A DNA stretch of 54,851 nucleotides. It comes from Rubritepida sp. Its GTDB lineage: Bacteria; Pseudomonadota; Alphaproteobacteria; Acetobacterales; Acetobacteraceae. This document shows positions 38,202 through 47,299 of the stretch, piece after piece (the first letter of the stretch is position 1; every line of letters starts with the position of its first letter). Position numbers and translations under genes: made by a program. Below the pieces are notes generated by a model. It was given only the letters and a program-made list of their open reading frames with translations, was not told the origin of the DNA and made no database searches. Location of the stretch: NCBI GenBank assembly GCA_007129145.1, contig SKWC01000131.1, positions 1-54,851 of the forward strand. The letters are read 5' to 3'.

Positions 38202-40205
38202 TCAGACCATGTTCGACGAATGCGTAATCGTATCAGCCAGCGGAGCGCCGAGTGCCTGACGCTGCGCCGGGTCTTCGAGCACCACACCCGGATCGTTCGG
38301 GATGCGCTTCTCCACGTCCTTGAAGCCCATCGCCTCGATGATGCTCCGCACGTGGTAGTTGAAGTACGAGTCCTGCTTCATCAGCTCGATGCCCTGAAGG
38401 ATCAGCGGCGTCAACTCGTTCAGCATCTCGAGTTCAGCGGCCTTGTCGGCGATGATCTTCGTGCCGGTGACGTAGATGGTCAGGTCGCTGCGGCGAGCGG
38501 AGGGGATCATGTCCTCCGTGAGGCGCTTGTTGAACTCCTCCTCGAACTCCATCAAGTCCTGCAAGCCGACCTGGCCGCGCTCCACCATCGGCATGATGAT
38601 CGCGTCCATCTTCTGCGTGATCTCTTCCTCGTAGATGTCTCGAGTGGCGAGCAGCTTGCCGCCATCCTCGACCTCCACGATGCCCTTCGGCTTGATCTTG
38701 TACGCCATCATCATCGCCCACATCATCGTGCAGGTCATCGACGCGTCGTACGCCAGGTCACCGAGGTCGAGACGCACGCGCATGGTGCCGCGTTGCATCT
38801 CCACCCGGAACTGCCCCAGGGTCTTCCTGCCGCCCTGCTGCGTACCGATGGCCTCCTCCGTGAAGGTGGCCTTGTCAGCGAAGCCGGTGGCGACGCTGAT
38901 GTCCTGAAGGCTGAGGCCGGGGTTGTTGAAGTCGAGCATCTGCACATCGCCACGGTTCGGGTCGTTCAGGGTGGGGATGCCGATGCCGGGCACGATGCGG
39001 CGGTCGCTGCTCATCAGCCTGCCGAAGGGCGAGTTCTGCCGGTACAGGAACGGCGGGGAGGCGGCGAGGTTGTTCAGCGCCAAGTGGCTATTGATGGCGT
39101 TGTCGGCCATCTGCTGAATCGAGTCCATGCGCCGCATGATGCCGCGACCGAACAGGTGCTTCGCCTGCTTACCGATGCGGTGCAGCGCCAGCGGCGGGTG
39201 GTCGAACGCGTGCCGCACCGAGTTCAGGCCGCACGACAGGAGCGTCTGCGTGTGGTCCACGAAGATCGCCTCGTACAGCTCAGCGGTGGCGGCACCCTCC
39301 GCGCGGTAGCGCATGTAGCAGTAGTAGACCTTGTGGATCGCGGTCTCCTCCTGGTACGCGTGCGAGTCCTCACGGAACTCCGACTCCTCCTCCTCAGCCG
39401 TCGGCGTCAGCACCGTCGTGGAGAGGCCGCGCACCTTCTCCAGCGCGTCAGGGTCGATCAGGCCCATGTCGGCCATCTCCTGAAGCTGGTAGAACGGCAC
39501 GCGCTCCTCGTACGCCGTGAAGCAGTGCTTCAGGTTCGGCACCGCCACGCGGTCGACGTAGAAGTGCTCCAGCTTCACGATGTCGACCACCGTCGAGAAC
39601 CACTCACCGCTCGGGTGCTGCACCATCGCCAGCTTCCCGATGCCGGTCCCGACCTGGATCGCTTCCTTGCTCATCTCCCGGATGAGGCGCTCACGGCTGC
39701 CGCCCCGGTTGATCTCCCGCTCTAGGTACGCCGAGCACACGGGCGCCACCTGAGCGGCCTTCTCGGCAGGGCTGCCGATGCCCTCCGGCACGAACGATGC
39801 GTACGGCCTGTGCTCCATCGCGTCTACCACGTGGGACAGCAGGCCGTCAGCCTTGTTCGATGACAAGGGCGTGGTGATGTTCGGCTGCCCCGGGTACTCC
39901 TGCTCACGCTCCGCGTTCTTGTAGACCATGCGGTCGAGCTTCGCATCGGCGTGAATCTTCTTCATCTTCACCTTCGCGCGAGCGAGCGACTGCTGCACGC
40001 GCCAGGTGAAGCGCTCCAGGTCACGACCCTGGAGCACGATGGGTGCTTCCTCTGGAATCTCAGGCGAGCCTGGCATCATGCCGAAGGACTCGCTGAACAT
40101 GTCGGGAGGCTCGAGGCCATCGAACAGCGAGTCCATGTCGTCCATCATGGGCGGGAAGCCCATCGGCGCGGGGGCGAACTGCTCCTCGGGAACCTCGAAC
40201 ATCAC
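38202..40205 (-). CDS. Portal protein
   Basis: 667 aa; AIQVGTGIGK, LFGRGI...IQQMAD, GRKTLG motifs. Confidence 0.85.
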   Translation of the reverse strand: MMFEVPEEQFAPAPMGFPPMMDDMDSLFDGLEPPDMFSESFGMMPGSPEIPEEAPIVLQGRDLERFTWRVQQSLARAKVKMKKIHADAKLDRMVYKNAEREQEYPGQPNITTPLSSNKADGLLSHVVDAMEHRPYASFVPEGIGSPAEKAAQVAPVCSAYLEREINRGGSRERLIREMSKEAIQVGTGIGKLAMVQHPSGEWFSTVVDIVKLEHFYVDRVAVPNLKHCFTAYEERVPFYQLQEMADMGLIDPDALEKVRGLSTTVLTPTAEEEESEFREDSHAYQEETAIHKVYYCYMRYRAEGAATAELYEAIFVDHTQTLLSCGLNSVRHAFDHPPLALHRIGKQAKHLFGRGIMRRMDSIQQMADNAINSHLALNNLAASPPFLYRQNSPFGRLMSSDRRIVPGIGIPTLNDPNRGDVQMLDFNNPGLSLQDISVATGFADKATFTEEAIGTQQGGRKTLGQFRVEMQRGTMRVRLDLGDLAYDASMTCTMMWAMMMAYKIKPKGIVEVEDGGKLLATRDIYEEEITQKMDAIIMPMVERGQVGLQDLMEFEEEFNKRLTEDMIPSARRSDLTIYVTGTKIIADKAAELEMLNELTPLILQGIELMKQDSYFNYHVRSIIEAMGFKDVEKRIPNDPGVVLEDPAQRQALGAPLADTITHSSNMV

Positions 40206-40212
40206 CTACTCC

Positions 40213-40686
40213 TTACAGCCCCGCTGCGATCCGGTCACGCAGCGCACGCAAGCTCATCATCTCGCTGGTCGCCTCAGGCACGGCTTCCTTCACCTTGCCG
40301 ACCGCCGCCTCAATCTGCTTCTCCAGCACCTCATCGACCTTCTTCTGGTCACCGAGGTAGTTCTTCAGCTCGTCCAGCAGCTTCGGTCCCAGTTGCGCCT
40401 TCAGGCTATCGAGTGACTTGAACATGGCCTCTCGGGCGACGCCAGTGCTGAGGTTCCCCCCTTGTGCAGCTTCACGCATCTGGTCGACGAAGACCTGGTT
40501 CGTGGAGCGCACCGCCGACTCGGCGGCGCCGACGACGACGCTGAGCAGCTCGTGGTACGCGCTGATGCGCTCGTGCTTCGCGGCGCGTCGAATCCAGTTG
40601 ATCGCGTACCCGGTGGCAGCGGTCAGGAGCGTGCCGAGGATCAGCACGATGGCCTCTTGGAGCTGAGTCTGGAACACATCGAACAT
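40213..40686 (-). CDS. Putative holin (single N-terminal TM, LL-H-like)
   Basis: AIVLILGTLLTAATGYAI...AVRSTNQ...IEAAV; adjacent to the endolysin. Confidence 0.65.
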   Translation of the reverse strand: MFDVFQTQLQEAIVLILGTLLTAATGYAINWIRRAAKHERISAYHELLSVVVGAAESAVRSTNQVFVDQMREAAQGGNLSTGVAREAMFKSLDSLKAQLGPKLLDELKNYLGDQKKVDEVLEKQIEAAVGKVKEAVPEATSEMMSLRALRDRIAAGL

Positions 40687-40688
40687 GG

Positions 40689-41324
40689 TCAGCCTTCTTC
40701 CCGGCGCACGTCGAAGCGCCCGCCTTGCTCATCATGACGGATGCGGCCCACGAAGTCACCCGTGAGAACCGCCTGCGGCTCACCGTCGATGTGAGCGTCG
40801 ATGACGTTCAAGACATCTCGAACCGAAAGCCGATGCAGCACCACCCGCGTCGCGTACGACGCCTCGCGCTGCCGGTCCAGCAGCTCCCAGTGCTCACCGA
40901 GGATGCGAGCGGCCTTGTCGAACGCGTACGGGTCCGTCGCCCAACGGCGCGGCCCAGTCAGGAACAAGCCACGCAAGAACGCGACCGGATGCCGATGATC
41001 CGCGTGCGGGTAGAGACGATGGATGATGTCGGCGTAATCCTCGAAGCACTCCTGGTAGCTACCGTACGAGCGCCACTTCGCGACGATGTCAACCCGCTGA
41101 CCGTTCACGACCTCCCACGTCGGCAGGTCCACCGTCTCCCCCGCCCATGCGCCGGTCGCCTTGACGCCGAACAGGTTGTGATGCGGCGGCTTGCCGAGCG
41201 AGCTTGAGCCGAAGCCCGTCTCGTTCGCAGCGTGAGCCGCAGCGCCAGCCGCGCTGATTCGACTCGAGGAACCCAGCATCGCGCCCTCGTGCACGTCGAT
41301 CAGCCAACGCTCTCGAGATGTCAC
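40689..41324 (-). CDS. Endolysin, GH73 glucosaminidase/FlgJ-like
   Basis: AANETGFG, NLFGVKA, WRSYGS, WATDP. Confidence 0.9.
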   Translation of the reverse strand: MTSRERWLIDVHEGAMLGSSSRISAAGAAAHAANETGFGSSSLGKPPHHNLFGVKATGAWAGETVDLPTWEVVNGQRVDIVAKWRSYGSYQECFEDYADIIHRLYPHADHRHPVAFLRGLFLTGPRRWATDPYAFDKAARILGEHWELLDRQREASYATRVVLHRLSVRDVLNVIDAHIDGEPQAVLTGDFVGRIRHDEQGGRFDVRREEG

Positions 41325-41327
41325 GGC

Positions 41328-43118
41328 TTACCTCCCCGTGCCCCACTGCTTGAAGCGGTCCGAGAACGCCTTGCGGGGCGTGAAGTCGACATCGACGACG
41401 GCGTTCTTGGCCAAGCCCTTCGTGACCATGCTGACCGCGATCTTGAGGGAGTCCCCCACGTCCACCATCCAGTTGTTCCGCTGACGACGCACCATGCGCC
41501 ACGACAGGTTCAGCAGCGTCTTCCTGATCTGCTCGCAGTTCTCCGTCACCATCAGCTTCGGCAACGGCGTCTGCGCGATGAAGTCGTCCTGCACATCTAG
41601 CATCCTCACGAGTTCATCGTACGCCGGGTCGCCTCGAGCGCCCTCGAACAGGTTGTCGCCGAGGACCTCGATGTAGTTGTCCACGATGCGATGCTCGCTG
41701 TCCTTGTCGAACACGCGGGCGTTCATTGCCGGGTCGTAGCCCCAGATGTGCGTCAAGCCGGGGATGCTGAGCTGCTTCGCCTCCACCGCGTTCGCGTAGC
41801 TGCTCTGGCCGCTCTTGACCATCTCGTCGAAGAAGATCAGCGAGTTGGAGCGCTCCAGGTACATTGCGAACGTGATCGCGGTCGGGTGGTCACCGCCGTG
41901 GTCGATGCCGCATACGATGGTATTGCCGGAGCGGGCGATGCGCTCCCGTGGAACCTTGGGAAGGACGTGCCCGCCATGGCTGACAGCCTCGTCGATGTAG
42001 TTGGGTGCTACACGCCCCTCACGCTCGTCCGTGTCGCCATGCTGATGCCGACGGCGCATCTTCGTGTTGGCCATCAGGTAGGAGTTCTCGACGGAGCGGT
42101 GGTCCCGGCTCTCATTCTCGTAGCCGAACGCGTATATGCAGTAGCGTTGCAGAACTAGGCCGACCTCCTTGTCCGGCACCTTCCGACCATCCACCAGCGT
42201 CACGGTGCTGCCCTTGTGCAGCGCCGAGAAGGAGCGCGTGCCGTCCGTGAGTTTCACGATGGCGCCCGCCCGGAAGCGGAAGCGGTCGTGCCGCAGCGTC
42301 TCCGGGTCGACGTTCACCTCTCGGATGCCGACGTTCTCGTTCACCCACTCCTCGCTCGGTGACGGGTACGGGAACGGGATGCCGACGTACCGCGCCCAGG
42401 TGTGATCGTTACCTGCCGGGTTCCAGGTGGCCGACACCACCGTCCAGCCGGGCATCGGGTGGTCCGGTGGGAGCTGCTTCTCGCCCACGCGGTTCAAGGA
42501 ATCTTGAAGAAGAATCTCGTACGCGTCCTGCCACGTCAGCGTCCGGCCAGCGAACGGCGACCAGGTGATCGCCAGCTTCATGCACAGGTCCTTCACCGTC
42601 AGCGTGCGGTGGTAGATCTCCTGCCGCGAGCGCTCCTGCACCATGTCGTGCGCGTCACTGGGAATCTCATCGGCTTCCTCCAGGTGCACGGTGGCGTACT
42701 CCGTGGACTTCAGGACGCGTTCCAGGTCCGTGCGGTCCAGGCCGATGCCGTTCACGACGCTCTGGACGTAGTTGCCGGTCACCGGGTGCGGCTCGGGCGG
42801 GAAGCGGAACACCGCCTCCTGAAGGTTCTCACTGCCGCCGACGCTCTTGTCGAACACAGCGCCAATGCGCTGCCGCAGCTTGTCGATGGTCGAGTCCTTC
42901 AGCGAGACCAGCGTGGCTCTCGCGATCAGGATGTTCGAGCCGGGGTACTCCATGCCCCTACGCCCGAGGCGGTCAACGGCAGCCGTGGACTTCGCGGTGT
43001 TGAACGGCCCCACGAAGCCTAGCTCCGGGAAGTCGTCGTTCACCACGAAGTCGTTGTACTTGAACCTGATCGGGCCGCTAGGCGGCGTCAGGTCAAGCGT
43101 CAGGCTGCGCCTGCGCAC
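41328..43118 (-). CDS. terL: Terminase large subunit
   Basis: Walker A variant GPFNTAKS, Walker B HLEEADE, TWNP, nuclease GIDHGGDHPTA and DVGDSL. Confidence 0.88.
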   Translation of the reverse strand: MRRRSLTLDLTPPSGPIRFKYNDFVVNDDFPELGFVGPFNTAKSTAAVDRLGRRGMEYPGSNILIARATLVSLKDSTIDKLRQRIGAVFDKSVGGSENLQEAVFRFPPEPHPVTGNYVQSVVNGIGLDRTDLERVLKSTEYATVHLEEADEIPSDAHDMVQERSRQEIYHRTLTVKDLCMKLAITWSPFAGRTLTWQDAYEILLQDSLNRVGEKQLPPDHPMPGWTVVSATWNPAGNDHTWARYVGIPFPYPSPSEEWVNENVGIREVNVDPETLRHDRFRFRAGAIVKLTDGTRSFSALHKGSTVTLVDGRKVPDKEVGLVLQRYCIYAFGYENESRDHRSVENSYLMANTKMRRRHQHGDTDEREGRVAPNYIDEAVSHGGHVLPKVPRERIARSGNTIVCGIDHGGDHPTAITFAMYLERSNSLIFFDEMVKSGQSSYANAVEAKQLSIPGLTHIWGYDPAMNARVFDKDSEHRIVDNYIEVLGDNLFEGARGDPAYDELVRMLDVQDDFIAQTPLPKLMVTENCEQIRKTLLNLSWRMVRRQRNNWMVDVGDSLKIAVSMVTKGLAKNAVVDVDFTPRKAFSDRFKQWGTGR

Positions 43119-43120
43119 GC

Positions 43121-43498
43121 TCAGCCCTTGCCGAAGAAGTCGACCTTGATGGTGCGAGCCGGATCGGACGCCGCCACGGTGAAGCGGGCGTACATGAACG
43201 CGACATCCACCGCTTCCAGCGACCCGGCCTCAGCGGTGATCGTCACGGTGTCCAGCTCCGTCCACACATCCGCGTCGTTCGGGTCGCCGTTCGTGGCCTC
43301 GAGGTTCACGGTCGCAGCGCCCACGTCGACCTCCACGGTGGCGCTGAGACTCTTCAGCATCGCGACACTGAAGTGGGGGTAGGGGCCATCCGTCAGCTCG
43401 CCTACGGCGGTCTGGCGAGGCGGGCGGGGCAAGGGGCTGTTCATGGGCACGACGCCGTTACCGGCCCGCTCTCCGATCATGCGCTTCGAGTAGTGCAT
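43121..43498 (-). CDS. Beta-rich hypothetical (virion-like) protein
   Basis: VNLEATN.D...W...FMYARF pattern. Confidence 0.65.
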   Translation of the reverse strand: MHYSKRMIGERAGNGVVPMNSPLPRPPRQTAVGELTDGPYPHFSVAMLKSLSATVEVDVGAATVNLEATNGDPNDADVWTELDTVTITAEAGSLEAVDVAFMYARFTVAASDPARTIKVDFFGKG

Positions 43499-43779
43499 CA
43501 GAGCCTATCCTCCAACCACGAGATCAGCGTGGTGCGAGCACGAGCGCCCTTCTCTTGCTCAAGGGCGTCAGCGGCGGATACCTGATTCGACTCCACGACG
43601 GCTTGCGCCTGCGCGATGGTCATGCCGGTGATGTCCACCGACGTGCCCTCGGGATTGTCGAGCTGATCGACGGCCTTGCGGGCGATGCGATGGCTCGCGG
43701 CGTCCGTGGCGGTCGGGTTCGTGATCCGCTGGTAGAGGCGGTCGAGGGCGGTTCTGATGACTTCGGCGTGCTGTGACAT
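43498..43779 (-). CDS. Hypothetical protein
   Basis: GGAGG RBS; ALEQEK...RTTLISWL. Confidence 0.65.
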   Translation of the reverse strand: MSQHAEVIRTALDRLYQRITNPTATDAASHRIARKAVDQLDNPEGTSVDITGMTIAQAQAVVESNQVSAADALEQEKGARARTTLISWLEDRL

Positions 43780-43809
43780 GCGTTCCTCCTGTGGGTATCG
43801 TACTTGACG

Positions 43810-46179
43810 CTACGGAAGCCTGTCGAAGAGGTCCCATCGGGCACGTTCAAGCTGCTGGTAGATGCGCTCACCATAGGACGGCATGTTGCCTCTCGTCCCG
43901 TAACGCGCCATCAACAGTGCCATGCCATCAAGCAGGTCCTCTATGACGGAGTTGGCTTGACGGACGGTATCGGCTTTCCCAATCCCAGCATCAAACAACT
44001 GGATCATCTCGGCAGCTTCCGCGATCAGGGACTCTGCCCCGTCGTCCCTGAGGAGAAAATCGGTCATTGCATCGTTGAGCCGTCTCCGCACTTCCTGCGG
44101 CACGGGCAACGGATCGCCCTCCGGTGAAAGCGGAGCTGGGAAGAAGCCTCTACCGCGAGCCTCCTCCGCGTAGGCCGTATCTGTCCCAACGAGATCAAGC
44201 GCTTCGCTGTACTGCTCCTTCCACTTTGCAATGGGCCTTCCGGCTTCATCTGACCTGGCGACACGCGAACCCGATGCTGCAAGGTGATCGAACTCTTGCT
44301 GCGCCTGCTGGGCCTGAACATCCGCGAAATGCCCCTGGTCGGCGGTCCTATGAAAGTCAAGATTCGCATCTTGATGTGTTGAGTATTCACCCCATGGGGT
44401 GCTCTCCCTACTGGCTCGCCACACCTCACCTCGGTTCGGCATCGCCGGGTCCAGCACAGGGTCGATATCAGGCCGTTCGTCCACGATCCTCGCAACCCGC
44501 GCCTCGGCCTCGTCGAGGTACCGCATGAACGCAAGGTGCGGCTCCCGCATGCCGCCATCAGGGTAGGCGTTCTGGAAGCCTCGCCGCATGTCACTGACCG
44601 CGTCGAGAGTGTTCATCAGGGCTTCCTTTGGCATCGGCGTGCTCGTCGGCGTCACGACTGGCGACAGGACGTTCTCGATGTCGCGGATGAAGTTCGCGTA
44701 CGATTCCATCTCCATCGAGTTGTTCGTACCGACGAGGAAGTCCGGCACCCACTCCATGCCAGGACCGTCGATGCCCAACTCGGTCGCTGTTCGTATCGCA
44801 AGCTCCGCTTCGTCGGCGGCGCCCGTGAACCCCTCGCGGAACGCCTTCAGGCCCGTCAGCTCATCCGCAGTGTCATGCGTCCGCACCATGCCCGCCAAGG
44901 TCGACTTCAACTCAGGCTCCGTCAAGCCCGTGCCCTCGCCGAGGAATCGCATCGCGCCGTCCTCGCCCATCGTCTGAATCGCCCGCTCCACGAACTGCTC
45001 CACGCCCTCACCCGGTGCGCTGGCCTCAGCGAAGCGCTGCAAGGTCGGCAGGTGGTCCGGCACCGCCTCGGGGGCACGGCTGATGACGCGACCCGCCTGC
45101 TCGTAATGGCCCTGCGCCGCCTGGTCGTACATGTTGAACAGCGTCTCGATCATCTCATTCACTTCGGGCTGGGAGATGTTGTGACCCTTCGCCCGCAGCT
45201 CCGCGTACCGCGCGATGCTCTCGTAATCGTAGGTCGGCAGGCCGATCTCGCTTGGGTGTTCGACGTAATCCCAGCCGTACCTGGCCCTCTCTGCCTCGGC
45301 CAGAGTGGTTGGGGCGCTCTGGTCGCGAGGGCGAGGGGGTGTTTCCCATCCTGGCGGCAGGGTCAACCCCTCATTCTCGCCAACGACACCCTTCATGATT
45401 CGGACCGGAACCGGACTGTCGGCCTGAACTGCCGCCAGTACCCGATGGTTCCCATCGCCCACCTTCCAGCGGCCTGTGTTCGGGTCGAAGATCACGATCA
45501 CGGCCTCTTGCGTGCCGCCCGGTTGATCCAGGAGGCGGAAGAAGTCCGTCTGCTGCGCAGCGGAGCGCCTCGGCAGGTTCCCCGCCGCCTCCTGAAGGAT
45601 GCTCGCGGGCATGAAGCCGAGCTGCTTCCCGCCACTCGTGCTCGCGGACAGCATCCTGATGCCAGCCGGGCCGAGCAGCGCGAACATCGGGATCAGGTCC
45701 GTGACCTTCTTCGCGCCGGTCGGGTCCGGCACCAGGAACTCAGCCATCATCGCCAAGATCGGATGCACGCCGCGCTCGATCAACGCCTCCGAGACCATCG
45801 GGGCGGTGTTGCGGTAGCGGCCCTCCTCGTCCATTTGCCAGTCGGTGCTCGCCGCCGCATCGAGCATTTCACGCAAGCCGCCACCCTGGACGGCTGCGCC
45901 CACGGCTCGGGTCGGCCCCTCGATGGGGGACAGCCACGACATCGTTGAGGGCCGAGAGAAGAACTCGTCGGCCTGCCGCATCATCCCGGCACCCAGCTCA
46001 CCGAAGGCATTGGCCTCCGCGCCTCGCGCCTGCATGATGTTCGGGCCGAGGTTCTGCCAGCCCTCCTGCAAGCCCGACAGGAACCGCTGGATGGCGTTCT
46101 GCGTGTCGGGCTGTGGCCCGCCCTGCGGCTGCGGTGCCCGCATCTGCTGAAGGTCTTGAGGGTTCCACTGGTCAGCCAT
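43810..46179 (-). CDS. Multidomain protein with a ParB/Srx-like domain (candidate injected polyvalent protein)
   Basis: AVIVIFDPNTGRWKVGDGNHRVLAA...VPV; Gln/Pro-rich N-terminus. Confidence 0.7.
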   Translation of the reverse strand: MADQWNPQDLQQMRAPQPQGGPQPDTQNAIQRFLSGLQEGWQNLGPNIMQARGAEANAFGELGAGMMRQADEFFSRPSTMSWLSPIEGPTRAVGAAVQGGGLREMLDAAASTDWQMDEEGRYRNTAPMVSEALIERGVHPILAMMAEFLVPDPTGAKKVTDLIPMFALLGPAGIRMLSASTSGGKQLGFMPASILQEAAGNLPRRSAAQQTDFFRLLDQPGGTQEAVIVIFDPNTGRWKVGDGNHRVLAAVQADSPVPVRIMKGVVGENEGLTLPPGWETPPRPRDQSAPTTLAEAERARYGWDYVEHPSEIGLPTYDYESIARYAELRAKGHNISQPEVNEMIETLFNMYDQAAQGHYEQAGRVISRAPEAVPDHLPTLQRFAEASAPGEGVEQFVERAIQTMGEDGAMRFLGEGTGLTEPELKSTLAGMVRTHDTADELTGLKAFREGFTGAADEAELAIRTATELGIDGPGMEWVPDFLVGTNNSMEMESYANFIRDIENVLSPVVTPTSTPMPKEALMNTLDAVSDMRRGFQNAYPDGGMREPHLAFMRYLDEAEARVARIVDERPDIDPVLDPAMPNRGEVWRASRESTPWGEYSTHQDANLDFHRTADQGHFADVQAQQAQQEFDHLAASGSRVARSDEAGRPIAKWKEQYSEALDLVGTDTAYAEEARGRGFFPAPLSPEGDPLPVPQEVRRRLNDAMTDFLLRDDGAESLIAEAAEMIQLFDAGIGKADTVRQANSVIEDLLDGMALLMARYGTRGNMPSYGERIYQQLERARWDLFDRLP

Positions 46180-46180
46180 G

Positions 46181-47299
46181 TCACCTGCCCCTGTTCAGGA
46201 ACTTGTTCAGCGCTCGGATGGCCTCACCGTACTCTTCCATCGGAATGCCCCTGCTGCGATCCCAGCCACCAGTCGGGCCTTGCAGGACTTCGAGAAGTCT
46301 CGAACCGTCCCACGGTTGCACGAAGTGGCGACTCGGCGCGTAGAGGGCGCCCTCCTTGCCAACACGATCCCACCATCCGCTGTAGCCCAGGTCGATCATC
46401 GTCGGCATCACCTGAGGCTCAGGAACGTACGTGTACACCATCTCGTACAAGCGACGCGGGTCCAACCGGCCCTCATCCGCGAGACGCGTCACGCCACGCA
46501 GAAACGTCGGGTCAGTCCTCGGGTTATCAGCCAAGTTCGCGACGATGCGCTGCGCCTGCTCAGGGGTGAACGGACCCTGCTCGAAGTCCAGTAGGTTCGC
46601 GCCAGCCACGTATCCCGTCCGCACGTTCGGAGCCGCATCAGGTCGACCGCTACCCCCGCCGAAGAAGCCGGTGTCCTTCGCGGGCGACCCGGCGTAACGC
46701 GCGGCACGCTCAGGGTCCTGCGTGAAGTACCACCCCGGCCCACCACCCGACGAACCAGGTCGAGGCTTGTCGTACACGTAGTTCGTACCGTGATACATCG
46801 GCATCGGCAAGCCATCAGCGCCAGCGATGCTGATGCGACCCAGCGCCCGCAGAGCCGCCCTCGGGATCATCGCCGCCATCTGCGCGAACTGCCCAGGCCC
46901 AGGCTCGAACACGCCCATCGCCGCCTGCGCCGCCAAGCCACGCGCACCCTCGAAGCCCTGCTGAGCCGTCACGTCCCCGTACGTCAGTGAGGGATCGAAC
47001 GCAGGCAAGTCACCCCACGTGCCGGGGTGCGCCAAGATCGCCTGCCAGATGTTCGCCGGGATCGCGTCAGGGTTGCCGTAGTTCGCCGCGACCGGACCGA
47101 GTCGCTCACCAGTCTCCGCAGCCATCTGCCGCCAGCCAGCCAGGAACCGCTGAATCACGTTCCCGCTATCAGTCCGAGGAGCCTCCGCTACCGGGCTTCG
47201 CATCTGGCTGAGGTCGGCGTGCTGGAAAGCCCGCCCATCGTGCTGCCCGCTGGGCGTATGAGTCCCCGTGGGCGGTGGCCGTCGGTCGCGGTCTGCCAT
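46181..47299 (-). CDS. Protein with a C-terminal ADP-ribosyltransferase-like (ART-PolyVal-type) domain
   Basis: PMYHGT...GPGWYFTQDPERAARYA...NVRTGYV..NLLD...GYSG. Confidence 0.7.
   Translation of the reverse strand: MADRDRRPPPTGTHTPSGQHDGRAFQHADLSQMRSPVAEAPRTDSGNVIQRFLAGWRQMAAETGERLGPVAANYGNPDAIPANIWQAILAHPGTWGDLPAFDPSLTYGDVTAQQGFEGARGLAAQAAMGVFEPGPGQFAQMAAMIPRAALRALGRISIAGADGLPMPMYHGTNYVYDKPRPGSSGGGPGWYFTQDPERAARYAGSPAKDTGFFGGGSGRPDAAPNVRTGYVAGANLLDFEQGPFTPEQAQRIVANLADNPRTDPTFLRGVTRLADEGRLDPRRLYEMVYTYVPEPQVMPTMIDLGYSGWWDRVGKEGALYAPSRHFVQPWDGSRLLEVLQGPTGGWDRSRGIPMEEYGEAIRALNKFLNRGR

Noticed and set aside
42400-42620. Possible intein in TerL
   Set aside because: No C/S start with HN-C/S/T end and no LAGLIDADG motifs; the insert is too short.
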